Sequence record: PQ306573.1
Length of the DNA: 64,000 nucleotides
From: Escherichia phage vB_EcoM_PTE-Eco05
Strand: one strand, 5' to 3'
Shown here: positions 38,150-47,458 of the stretch, piece by piece
Layout of the letters: each line of letters begins with the position of its first letter
Numbering within the stretch: position 1 is the stretch's first letter
Program-made: the position numbers and the translations under genes
The notes under the pieces: generated by a model
The model's database searches: none
What the model saw: the letters and a program-made list of their open reading frames with translations, nothing else
Told to the model about the DNA's origin: nothing

Positions 38150-39835
38150 ATGAAAAAAGCTGTTATTCTTGGTGCTGGACTGGCAACTCGTTTGTATCCA
38201 ATAACGCATCATATTCCTAAGGTGCTTGTTAACTATAAACAAGACACTATTCTGAGCAATTTGTATACAATTTATTCTGACCTTGGCGCAGATGAAATTA
38301 TTGTAGTAGTTCATTCAAAATTTGCTGAAACTGTTCGAGCTTATTGTGAGCAAGAAGGGTTCAATGTGACTATTCGTACAGTTGATGAAGCGTATGGTTC
38401 TGCTTATGCTCTTGCTAAATTACACAAAGATTTAGACGGCCATAATGTAATTGTTAACTGGTGTGATATTATTCCCGATTTTGGTTCATGGTCTTGGAAT
38501 GTTAACGCAATCTATGTTAAGGGTGATGAATGTCGGTATAATTTCGATGGTGAAAATATCACTAATGTAGGTGAAACAGGCGGTAATGTTGTAGGAATTT
38601 ATCAGTTCAAAGACTGGGAATTCTATATGGGTTCTACCGATGAGGAAATTCATGAATACTGCAAAGGACGTGATTTCGTAGAATTCCTTTACGGCAGCAC
38701 ATTCAATAAATCAGAGCTTATGAATCTAATTGATTTAGGTGATATGCCTAAACTTGAAAAGGCCCATGAAGTTCGTGAACTGAACCGTAGTTTTAATGCA
38801 GTTGAAATTGGCGAAGAAACTGTAACTAAATTCGCATTAACCGAACAGGGTCGAGCTCTTCAGAAAGATGAGATTTCGTGGTATTTGAAAGTGAAATCAG
38901 ATTCAGTTCCTCAGTTAGTTTCTGTTAATGAAAATAACTTTGAAATGGAACGCATTAAAGGTAAGCCGGCATTTGAATATATTAAATCAAAATCAAGTCT
39001 TGCTCGTCCACAAATTATTGATGCAATTTTAGATGCACTGAAATTCAGCACAGACACTTATTTTGTAAGTCCTGAAACTGTTCGTCGTGATTTCACTAAA
39101 GAATTCTATACGAAAGTTATTGATCGTTGTGAAAGCATTCAACCATTGATTGATTCATTTGGTAAAATCACACATGTGAACTACACTAAGATTGGACGTC
39201 TGAAGCCAATGCTGAAACAAGCTTTAGAACACCTTATTCGTTATCATAACCGTTCTCAGGGACAGTACTCTGTTATTCATGGTGACCCGAACTTCAGTAA
39301 TACTATGATTACTGATAACGGCGAAGTCAAGTTTATCGACCCTCGTGGATATTTTGGCGAAACCAAGATTTACGGGCCAAAATTGTATGATGAAGCTAAA
39401 GTGCTTTACGCTGTTTCAGGTTATGATGAATTCAATGCTAATCCGACCTGGGGACAGTTTACTATTGATGAAACAACTTGTAATGTGACTATTAACATCA
39501 ATCCATTAGTTTACAAATATGGAAAGATGAGTTCGTTTAACGAGTATCATCATTTGGCAGTGGCAATTATCTGGATTGCATTAGGTGGTTATTTCAAGAA
39601 TAATCCACTTAAAGCGGTAGCCGCATATTATAAAGGTATGGAACTTCTGACTAAGCAATTACGTAATATGGGCCGTGTACTTCAAGACGGCTCTATTAGT
39701 TATGACGTAGCAGAACCTGTAACGGCTACTCTGATTACAAAAAATCCTGGTAAATGGGTACTAACTGATAAAGAAACTGGTGTTTCCTATCGTCCAATCG
39801 GTGGCGATATCACTCATCAATGGGAACGAATCTAA
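38150..39835 (+). CDS. bifunctional NDP-sugar pyrophosphorylase / sugar kinase fusion
   Basis: N-terminal AVILGAGLATRLYPITHHIPKVLV nucleotidyltransferase motif; C-terminal IHGDPNFSNTMI and FIDPRGYFG resemble APH/choline-kinase-fold motifs. Confidence 0.75.
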   Translation: MKKAVILGAGLATRLYPITHHIPKVLVNYKQDTILSNLYTIYSDLGADEIIVVVHSKFAETVRAYCEQEGFNVTIRTVDEAYGSAYALAKLHKDLDGHNVIVNWCDIIPDFGSWSWNVNAIYVKGDECRYNFDGENITNVGETGGNVVGIYQFKDWEFYMGSTDEEIHEYCKGRDFVEFLYGSTFNKSELMNLIDLGDMPKLEKAHEVRELNRSFNAVEIGEETVTKFALTEQGRALQKDEISWYLKVKSDSVPQLVSVNENNFEMERIKGKPAFEYIKSKSSLARPQIIDAILDALKFSTDTYFVSPETVRRDFTKEFYTKVIDRCESIQPLIDSFGKITHVNYTKIGRLKPMLKQALEHLIRYHNRSQGQYSVIHGDPNFSNTMITDNGEVKFIDPRGYFGETKIYGPKLYDEAKVLYAVSGYDEFNANPTWGQFTIDETTCNVTININPLVYKYGKMSSFNEYHHLAVAIIWIALGGYFKNNPLKAVAAYYKGMELLTKQLRNMGRVLQDGSISYDVAEPVTATLITKNPGKWVLTDKETGVSYRPIGGDITHQWERI

Positions 39836-40221
39836 TGCACCGTGTAGAAAACATGCTTAATCTTTGTTTTGATGTCGATGATTGTATAACAGAGTGGAAT
39901 AACAATCGTGATTACGTGAACTTCAAACCAGACGTCGAAATGGTGTCTGCCATTAATGCTCTGTATGATGCAGGGCATACCATAACGCTTTACACTGCTC
40001 GCGGTATGAAGTCAGTAGGTCCTGGTCGTATAGCAATTGACATTCTCCCAAGTCTGATTCAGAACTTGGCAAACATTGGCTTGAAGTACCATAATTTGCT
40101 AACACATAAACCAGTATATGATTGGATTATCGACGACAAAGCTATGCGTCCTGACGAATTCAAAGCTCTTATGAATAAAGGCGAATTCGAAACATTTAAA
40201 TCGTATAAACCGAATCTATAA
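39835..40221 (+). CDS. HAD-superfamily phosphatase-like protein
   Basis: FDVDDCIT near N-terminus (HAD motif I-like), later TARG and WIIDD. Confidence 0.55.
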   Translation: MHRVENMLNLCFDVDDCITEWNNNRDYVNFKPDVEMVSAINALYDAGHTITLYTARGMKSVGPGRIAIDILPSLIQNLANIGLKYHNLLTHKPVYDWIIDDKAMRPDEFKALMNKGEFETFKSYKPNL

Positions 40222-40269
40222 TAATTTAAGTAAGACCTGCAAAAAAACCATCGCATCAATTAACGCGAG

Positions 40270-41439
40270 ATGCAAAAAATGAATACTTTTAAAATCGGAA
40301 CGAATTTTGATTTAGCTCTTCTTGATAAAATCGTAGAGCTCAATAAAACTTATCCTAATAGCTTGATAAATGAAGTATACGGCTCTACAAGAGAAATGGC
40401 TTTTGTAGCAGCCAGACCTGATTTTAGGCTTCCTGACGTTGACAAAAAGATGTTAGAAGATTACGTTAAACGTTGTAACGAATTAGGTATTTGCTTTAAC
40501 TATACACTCAACACGATAAATCCTGGTTCAAAAAGAGAACTAGTTGAGTGGAAGAAGAAAGCTATTCAGGATTATGTTCAGTATCTTTGGTCAATAGGCG
40601 TATGGCGTATTACTATCGCTAACCCTGTTGTTATGGAAATTGTTCGTGAAGTCAATAAAGACATTGAGATTGAAGTTTCAACAATTCTACATGTCGATGC
40701 TGTAACTCAAATCAAATACTTGCATGACCAGTATAATATCAAAAAGGTCTGCTGTGGAATTCATAAGAACCGTTCAGTTTCTTTCCTGAAGCGTGCAGCA
40801 GAGTTTTGCAATAAGAACAATATAATATTTGAAGTTCTTGTAAATGAGTTCTGTTCTAATGCTGGTAAAGGGTATACAACACATTGTAGCTATCGTGACT
40901 CTTGCTATATTTTCCATAGTACTGATGTTACAGCTGATGATGCTAAATCCTTAAACGGATATCCTATGCAGCACTGTATTAAAGCTCGTGATACAGACCC
41001 ATTTAACTGGTTGAGAACTCGTTTTGTTCGTCCTCAAGATTTGAAACTTTATAATGATATTGGTATCACTCAATTCAAAGTTTCAGGACGTACAGGTAGC
41101 ACAGACTACATTTTGAAAGTTCTTGAAGCATACGCTTCTGAAAAGTTTGAAGGTAATTTGTTAGAACTGTGGAAGCCTTTAGAGACTATTTTCACTCTTG
41201 AAAACGAAACTGAGTTTTCACATACAGTAAATATTGAAACCTCTTTGTTAGATGGCTTTTTAGAAAAAAGGTGGTTCAGACATCCAGATTTCGATTGTGC
41301 TAATGAAATCTGCGGGACGACGTGTACATATTGTGAAAGATATTATAAACGTCAATTATCTAAAAACGGGTTAGCAGAAAACTCTATATCTATTATTGAT
41401 ATAACTAACTCTGATGACGCTTTGAGGTACCCGGAATGA
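40270..41439 (+). CDS. Cys-rich hypothetical protein of the sugar/modification cluster
   Basis: 389 aa; NEFCSNAGKGYTTHCSYRDSCY and C-terminal CANEICGTTCTYCERYY. Confidence 0.55.
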   Translation: MQKMNTFKIGTNFDLALLDKIVELNKTYPNSLINEVYGSTREMAFVAARPDFRLPDVDKKMLEDYVKRCNELGICFNYTLNTINPGSKRELVEWKKKAIQDYVQYLWSIGVWRITIANPVVMEIVREVNKDIEIEVSTILHVDAVTQIKYLHDQYNIKKVCCGIHKNRSVSFLKRAAEFCNKNNIIFEVLVNEFCSNAGKGYTTHCSYRDSCYIFHSTDVTADDAKSLNGYPMQHCIKARDTDPFNWLRTRFVRPQDLKLYNDIGITQFKVSGRTGSTDYILKVLEAYASEKFEGNLLELWKPLETIFTLENETEFSHTVNIETSLLDGFLEKRWFRHPDFDCANEICGTTCTYCERYYKRQLSKNGLAENSISIIDITNSDDALRYPE

Positions 41440-41675
41440 TTTCTAGAAAAACTTTTAACCACCAACTTAATGAAGAGATTTTGACTATGAAACTGAACAC
41501 TAACGAACAAATTCTTAAAAGGGCCCTGATGGGCCTGTTTGAAACTAAAGCGGCTAAAGTGATTAAAGAACCTGTTCAATTGGAATACTACGCTGATGCA
41601 TTTCTTCATAGTGTTCTTGGAAGTATCGGTGCTGAAGCTTTACGTTATATCAACATTGTCAAGAAATTCAAATAA
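41436..41675 (+). CDS. hypothetical protein
   Basis: 79-aa ORF. Confidence 0.45.
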   Translation: MISRKTFNHQLNEEILTMKLNTNEQILKRALMGLFETKAAKVIKEPVQLEYYADAFLHSVLGSIGAEALRYINIVKKFK

Positions 41676-41717
41676 GCTTTACGAATTGAGTATATAATAA
41701 ATTGTATTGAGGTAAAC

Positions 41718-42434
41718 ATGGGAAAACATAACACAATGAAATATATCAAAGCCGCAGATTTTCAAGCCGCATTTAAAGCAGTCAATCGTGAAATTTTAGA
41801 AAACCCGGAATTCGTAACTGATTCTCGTATTGGACGTTGTAATGAAATTGGGTCTATGACAGTAGTTGTTGACACTCCATCATCATTCAAAATGACCGAC
41901 CCACGTATTAACCGCATCTCTTATGAATATGCCGAAGACTTCTGGAAGTTTATGATTTCTGGTGGTACCAACGCAGAAGAAGCGTTTAAGGCATATCCTA
42001 ATGTCGCTAAATTTATTTCTAAACCAAAATCAGATGTTTTGCCGGCGAACTTCAACACTTTCTATGGTCCTCGCATTGCGGCCCAATTACCAGCTCTTCT
42101 AAAAGAACTTAAAGAGAAGCCTAACTCTCGAAGAGTTGTGTTCCAAATTCTAGAAAGTTCTGATCAGGCTTTGCTTGATTCAGACGAAACGCTTGAATAT
42201 CCATGTACTGACTCAGTGACTTATTATATCCGTGATGGTAAGCTTTATACCCACTGTCATATGCGTTCTCAGAACTGCGCTGTTGTTATGCAGTTGGATT
42301 TTTATCTCCAAGGAAAATTACTTCATTATATCGCTAACGAATGCGGTGTAGAAGTTGGTGATTATACTCATACCATGGTAAGTGCCCATGTGTTTGAACG
42401 TGATTTTGATTATGTTAAAGGATTCCTTGACTAA
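41718..42434 (+). CDS. thymidylate-synthase-fold pyrimidine hydroxymethylase (divergent dCMP hydroxymethylase-like)
   Basis: NSRRVVFQIL and YPCTDSVTYYIRDGKL...MRSQNCAVVMQLDFY align with TS/CH core motifs incl. catalytic Cys; same position as T4 gene 42. Confidence 0.65.
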   Translation: MGKHNTMKYIKAADFQAAFKAVNREILENPEFVTDSRIGRCNEIGSMTVVVDTPSSFKMTDPRINRISYEYAEDFWKFMISGGTNAEEAFKAYPNVAKFISKPKSDVLPANFNTFYGPRIAAQLPALLKELKEKPNSRRVVFQILESSDQALLDSDETLEYPCTDSVTYYIRDGKLYTHCHMRSQNCAVVMQLDFYLQGKLLHYIANECGVEVGDYTHTMVSAHVFERDFDYVKGFLD

Positions 42435-43333
42435 TGGCTATTTTCCGCGTACCAATCTTGAGTATGCGGTCTTATGAAACTGGACAGTATGCTATCCTTA
42501 AGGATGGCAACTTCCAACTTCATTTGCACCGTGCTAATCCGGGTGATGTGATTACATATCCACGTAATGCATCTGATATTAAAGAATGCGAACGTCTTTT
42601 TCCAGAATTTAAGTTTGTTCCATTATGGTATAAAGATAACGCGTATAACACTCGTAAATATTTCTGGTCTGAAAATGAATTTGTGGTTGATTCATTAATT
42701 GCTTATTATGATTGTGATTTTCTAATCACAGATATCACTGGATATGACGGCGCTTTTGATGTGGAATTCAATTTCAATATCACTGCAGACCCTAATAAAC
42801 CACGTTTTTATATTGACGAATTCTTAAAAACTGATATGTTGTCGGTTAATCGTTCACTTCAAACTACTGTGTTGAATGAACGTCAAAAAGAAGTGCTGGT
42901 TAACGCAGGTGCAGATGGTAATAAGATTATCGTAACGCAGAAAGTTATACGTCCTTCCATCATGCAGCGTCTTGTAGGTGATTTGGCTCCTATTTATCTA
43001 GATGGTATTTTTCATCCATTTCGAATTAGTGACCCGTGCTATCGTTTTGAACAAGTGGTTGAATGTGCAATTCAATTAGGCCAACCGCTTTATATAACCG
43101 ATCCAAATAATAGCTTCGACAGAAATAAGTATCCTGAAGAAGCGCTGATTCGAATTTTTAAACCAACTAAAACAGAGTACTATCAAATTCTTAAAGGGCG
43201 TCCTAAAATTCAATATTTCGAAAATCCTGAAGAAGTATTCCATCCAGGTCTTGGTGAGTTCATCTACTTTAATGCTTTAATTTCTTCGCCGTATAATATA
43301 CCTAAATATGAAGATGTCGTAATCGAGGAATAA
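42434..43333 (+). CDS. hypothetical protein (candidate DNA sugar transferase by context only)
   Basis: 299-aa ORF between hydroxymethylase and kinase; no motif recognised. Confidence 0.5.
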   Translation: MAIFRVPILSMRSYETGQYAILKDGNFQLHLHRANPGDVITYPRNASDIKECERLFPEFKFVPLWYKDNAYNTRKYFWSENEFVVDSLIAYYDCDFLITDITGYDGAFDVEFNFNITADPNKPRFYIDEFLKTDMLSVNRSLQTTVLNERQKEVLVNAGADGNKIIVTQKVIRPSIMQRLVGDLAPIYLDGIFHPFRISDPCYRFEQVVECAIQLGQPLYITDPNNSFDRNKYPEEALIRIFKPTKTEYYQILKGRPKIQYFENPEEVFHPGLGEFIYFNALISSPYNIPKYEDVVIEE

Positions 43334-43334
43334 A

Positions 43335-43883
43335 ATGGCTAAAATTATTTTAGTAGATGGCCCAGATAATGCTGGTAAAACAACTTTCATTAATGACATA
43401 ATGGAAATTAGTGAAAGATATGTAAAGATTGATTTCCCTAAACGAACAGTTGATGGGCGTTTCGATGTTAAGTCTCGAAATGAAGTTGGCTGCTTCGAAA
43501 CGATGTTGAATTATTTAGACCCTACTAAGATTTATCTGTTAGACCGTGGATATATTAGTAACTGGGTTTATGGACGTATTCGACAAGATGCGGACTCGGT
43601 TCTTGACGTTTATGAACAGGATTATGTTCGTCTTTGCCAAAACCATGATGTGTTCACAATTATTTTAACACGTAACGAAATGACTGAAAGTTTTGAAGAC
43701 GACCTTATTACTTTGTCCTCATTCGGTTTTAATACAGTCATTTCACATTTTGAAGAGTTTGCAATTCATAACAAAATCCAAACGTATCAATTACTTAATC
43801 ATGATGGTGCTAACAAAGTTATAGGATTTAATGCAAGCGAACGTAATTATTTGATTACAGAAATTATCAAATGGGCTCGTTAA
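43335..43883 (+). CDS. P-loop nucleoside-monophosphate kinase-like protein
   Basis: ILVDGPDNAGKTT Walker A and LLDRGYIS (thymidylate-kinase DR-like). Confidence 0.6.
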   Translation: MAKIILVDGPDNAGKTTFINDIMEISERYVKIDFPKRTVDGRFDVKSRNEVGCFETMLNYLDPTKIYLLDRGYISNWVYGRIRQDADSVLDVYEQDYVRLCQNHDVFTIILTRNEMTESFEDDLITLSSFGFNTVISHFEEFAIHNKIQTYQLLNHDGANKVIGFNASERNYLITEIIKWAR

Positions 43884-43981
43884 GAGCCATTTAAAGTTTT
43901 AAATGCTGTATAACCCTTAGTATATAATCATCTTATCTTTTAAACATGAGTAAAATATAATGATGCCTATGGAAAAATACA

Positions 43982-45154
43982 ATGTCTGATTTAAAATCTC
44001 GTCTGATTAAAGCTTCTACTTCTAAAATGACTGCAGACTTGACTAAGTCTAAGCTGTTTAATAATCGTGATGAAGTCCCTACTCGTATTCCGATGTTGAA
44101 TATTGCACTAGGTGGTGCACTGAATGCCGGGTTGCAATCAGGCTTAACTATTTTTGCTGCTCCTTCTAAACACTTTAAAACATTGTTTGGGCTGACCATG
44201 GTTGCAGCATATATGAAGAAATATAAAGATGCAATCTGTTTGTTTTATGACTCAGAATTCGGTGCTTCAGAATCTTATTTTCGTTCAATGGGTGTTGATT
44301 TAGACCGTGTAGTTCATACTCCGATTCAATCTGTCGAACAACTTAAAGTTGATATGACTAATCAGCTTGACGCGATTGAACGCGGTGATAAAGTTATTAT
44401 CTTTATCGATTCAATCGGTAATACTGCATCTAAGAAAGAAACCGAAGATGCGTTGAACGAGAAAGTTGTAGGTGATATGTCTCGTGCTAAGGCACTTAAA
44501 TCTCTGTTCCGCATTGTGACTCCTTATCTGACTATTAAAGATATTCCATGTGTTGCAATCAACCATACAGCAATGGAAATCGGCGGATTGTATCCTAAAG
44601 AGATTATGGGCGGTGGTACCGGTATTCTTTATTCTGCCAACACGGTATTTTTTATCTCTAAACGTCAGGTTAAAGAAGGTACAGAATTGACCGGTTATGA
44701 CTTCACGTTGAAAGCAGAAAAATCTCGTACAGTTAAAGAGAAATCTACTTTCCCAATCACGGTTAATTTTGATGGCGGTATTGACCCATTCAGTGGCTTG
44801 TTAGAAATGGCAACTGAAATTGGATTTGTTGTTAAGCCTAAAGCCGGTTGGTATGCTCGCGAATTCCTTGACGAAGAAACAGGTGAAATGATTCGTGAAG
44901 AAAAATCATGGCGTGCTAAAGCTACTGATTGTGTAGAATTCTGGGGACCTTTGTTTAAACACAAACCTTTCCGAGATGCAATTGAAACTAAATATAAACT
45001 AGGTGCTATCTCTTCTATTAAAGAAGTTGATGACGCTGTTAACGACCTTATTAATTGCAAAGCAACAACTAAAGTTCCGGTTAAAACTTCTGATGCTCCG
45101 TCTGCAGCAGATATAGAAAACGACCTTGACGAAATGGAAGATTTCGATGAATAA
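43982..45154 (+). CDS. uvsX: RecA-like recombinase
   Basis: 390 aa close to T4 UvsX (Walker A region, acidic C-terminus). Confidence 0.95.
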   Translation: MSDLKSRLIKASTSKMTADLTKSKLFNNRDEVPTRIPMLNIALGGALNAGLQSGLTIFAAPSKHFKTLFGLTMVAAYMKKYKDAICLFYDSEFGASESYFRSMGVDLDRVVHTPIQSVEQLKVDMTNQLDAIERGDKVIIFIDSIGNTASKKETEDALNEKVVGDMSRAKALKSLFRIVTPYLTIKDIPCVAINHTAMEIGGLYPKEIMGGGTGILYSANTVFFISKRQVKEGTELTGYDFTLKAEKSRTVKEKSTFPITVNFDGGIDPFSGLLEMATEIGFVVKPKAGWYAREFLDEETGEMIREEKSWRAKATDCVEFWGPLFKHKPFRDAIETKYKLGAISSIKEVDDAVNDLINCKATTKVPVKTSDAPSAADIENDLDEMEDFDE

Positions 45155-45488
45155 TCTCGATGATTTGAATCTAGAAATCGTTGATGAATCCCCTTCTTCG
45201 GAAGGGGAGGACATTCGCAAAGAACGAGTGTTTAATGAATCTCTTAAAATTATCCGTTCAGCAATGGAAAATGTCATTCAAGAGATTCTGATTACACTTG
45301 AAGACGGTTCCCATCATATAGTCTATATTACAAAACTAGACTGGGTCGATGGTAAAATCGTAATGGACTTTGCAGTTCTTGACCAGGACAGAAAAGCAGA
45401 ACTTGCACCACATGTTGAAAAATGTGTTACAATGCAAGTACAACAAGCTTTTAATGAACGAACCAAGAAAAAATTTAAATTCTTTTAA
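45147..45488 (+). CDS. hypothetical protein at the T4 gene 40 position
   Basis: ORF between uvsX and 41; sequence not independently recognised. Confidence 0.45.
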   Translation: MNNLDDLNLEIVDESPSSEGEDIRKERVFNESLKIIRSAMENVIQEILITLEDGSHHIVYITKLDWVDGKIVMDFAVLDQDRKAELAPHVEKCVTMQVQQAFNERTKKKFKFF

Positions 45489-45497
45489 GGAGTTATC

Positions 45498-46940
45498 GTG
45501 GTAGAAATTATTTTGTCTCATCTAGTATACGACCAGGCTTATTTTTCTAAGGTCTGGCCTTATATGGATTCTGAGTATTTTGAGCGTGGACCGGCAAAAA
45601 ACGTCTTTAAAATTATAAAGAGCCACGTTAACGAATATAATGCAATGCCATCTATCAATGCATTAAAGGTGGCTTTAGATAACAGTTCTTTAACTGAAGC
45701 CGAATATAAAGGAACTTCAGACCTAATTGAAAAATTGGCTGATACTCCTGAAGACCACGAATGGTTGGTTAAAGAAACTGAGAAATATGTCCAGCAAAAA
45801 GCGATGTATAATGCTACGTCCAAAATCATTGAGATTCAGTCTAATGCTGAACTACCTCCAGAACAACGTAACAAGAAAATGCCTGACGTAGGAGCTATTC
45901 CTGATATTATGCGTCAAGCACTTTCAATTTCGTTTGATAGTTATGTTGGACATGACTGGATGGAAGACTACGAAGCACGCTGGCTTTCTTATCTAAATAA
46001 AGCACGTAAGGTCCCGTTCAAATTAAACATTCTGAATAAAATCACTAAAGGTGGTGCTGAAACCGGTACACTAAACGTTTTAATGGCAGGTGTTAACGTC
46101 GGTAAATCTTTAGGCCTTTGTTCACTTGCTGCAGATTATCTTCAAACAGGTCATAATGTTCTTTATATTTCCATGGAAATGGCTGAAGAAGTTTGTGCTA
46201 AGCGTATAGATGCAAACATGCTTGACGTATCACTCGATGATATCGATGATGGTAACGTATCTTATGCTGAATATAAAGCCAAGATGGAAAAATGGCGTTC
46301 AAAATCCACATTAGGACGTTTAGTAGTTAAACAGTATCCTACTGGTGGAGCTAATGCTAATACATTTCGTGCATTGCTTAATGAGTTAAAACTTAAGAAG
46401 AACTTTGTGCCATCTGTAATCATGGTTGATTACTTAGGTATTTGTGGGTCTTGTCGTATCAGAGTTTACACTGAAAATAGCTACACATTAGTTAAAGCTA
46501 TCGCAGAAGAACTTCGTGCATTAGCAGTAGAATCTGAAACAGTTCTATGGACTGCAGCTCAAGTAGGACGTGCAGCATGGGATGCTTCAGACATGAACAT
46601 GAGTGATATTGCAGAATCAGCAGGTTTACCAGCAACGGCAGATTTCATGTTGGCCGTAATTGAAACCGAAGAACTTGCACAAGCTGAACAACAACTTATC
46701 AAACAAATCAAATCACGATACGGTGATAAGAATAAGTGGAATAAATTCCTGATGGGTGTACGTAAAGGCAACCAGAAATGGATTGAGATTGAGCAAGAAG
46801 GCATGAACACACCTAACACAGTAAATGAAAACGCAGGTGCTCAGATGCGTCAGGCAGAGGTGAATCGTACGGAACGCGTAGGTAAAGCCAAAGCAACACG
46901 TGCTGACCTAGATAGCTTAGCCAATGAGTTAAAATTTTAA
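45498..46940 (+). CDS. 41: replicative DNA helicase
   Basis: GTG start; MVEIILSHLVYDQAYFSKVWPYMDSEYFE...GVNVGKS close to T4 gp41. Confidence 0.95.
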   Translation: MVEIILSHLVYDQAYFSKVWPYMDSEYFERGPAKNVFKIIKSHVNEYNAMPSINALKVALDNSSLTEAEYKGTSDLIEKLADTPEDHEWLVKETEKYVQQKAMYNATSKIIEIQSNAELPPEQRNKKMPDVGAIPDIMRQALSISFDSYVGHDWMEDYEARWLSYLNKARKVPFKLNILNKITKGGAETGTLNVLMAGVNVGKSLGLCSLAADYLQTGHNVLYISMEMAEEVCAKRIDANMLDVSLDDIDDGNVSYAEYKAKMEKWRSKSTLGRLVVKQYPTGGANANTFRALLNELKLKKNFVPSVIMVDYLGICGSCRIRVYTENSYTLVKAIAEELRALAVESETVLWTAAQVGRAAWDASDMNMSDIAESAGLPATADFMLAVIETEELAQAEQQLIKQIKSRYGDKNKWNKFLMGVRKGNQKWIEIEQEGMNTPNTVNENAGAQMRQAEVNRTERVGKAKATRADLDSLANELKF

Positions 46941-46946
46941 TAAAAA

Positions 46947-46966
46947 GGAGACTTCGGTCTCCTTTC
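46947..46966 (+). terminator. rho-independent terminator (UUCG tetraloop)
   Basis: GGAGAC-TTCG-GTCTCC-TTTC. Confidence 0.6.
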
Positions 46967-47028
46967 GGGGTTTACATCTTCCTCTAGGCATGATATGATG
47001 TACTTACACCAACCAAGAGGAAAACATT

Positions 47029-47403
47029 ATGAATATGTCTCAAGCAATTTTTACTGCAATCACCGAAAACACAACTGTTGAAGTAGTTTCTCCGCTGGCA
47101 ACCTACGTTATTCTTGCTCCTAAAACTATTGTATCTCGTATGGAAAACATGGGCAAACGTATCGTACAAATTGTTGGAGCCGGAAATCAAAAACTTGATT
47201 ATCTGCGAACCATCAAAGCTTATGAACATTTCCAGCTCGAAAAAGGTTCTCCTATCCAGGTAGAACTCGTAAATGGTGATATCGTTCGAGCAATGTTCCA
47301 TCATTTCTATGCATTGAATGACCCATCTAAAGCGGTTCGTTTGATTGCATATGACGCAAACCAAAACGAAATCAACGCAGATATATCTAAATTACGTTTT
47401 TAA
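47029..47403 (+). CDS. hypothetical protein
   Basis: 124-aa ORF. Confidence 0.5.
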   Translation: MNMSQAIFTAITENTTVEVVSPLATYVILAPKTIVSRMENMGKRIVQIVGAGNQKLDYLRTIKAYEHFQLEKGSPIQVELVNGDIVRAMFHHFYALNDPSKAVRLIAYDANQNEINADISKLRF

Positions 47404-47453
47404 GTTTACTTCTCCAGTAGTTGTGTTATTATAGACCTATCAACTACTGGAGA
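47404..47453 (+). promoter_or_regulatory. early promoter (GTTTAC, 17 nt, TG-extended TATTAT) inside a perfect 13-bp inverted repeat containing the downstream SD
   Basis: TCTCCAGTAGTTG (47411-47423) / CAACTACTGGAGA (47441-47453). Confidence 0.6.
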
Positions 47454-47458
47454 ACAAA

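Noticed and set aside
45186-45210. UUCG-tetraloop hairpin CCCCTTC-TTCG-GAAGGGG resembling a terminator
   Set aside because: It lies inside the coding frame of the gene-40-position ORF (encoding ESPSSEGED) and lacks a downstream T-run.
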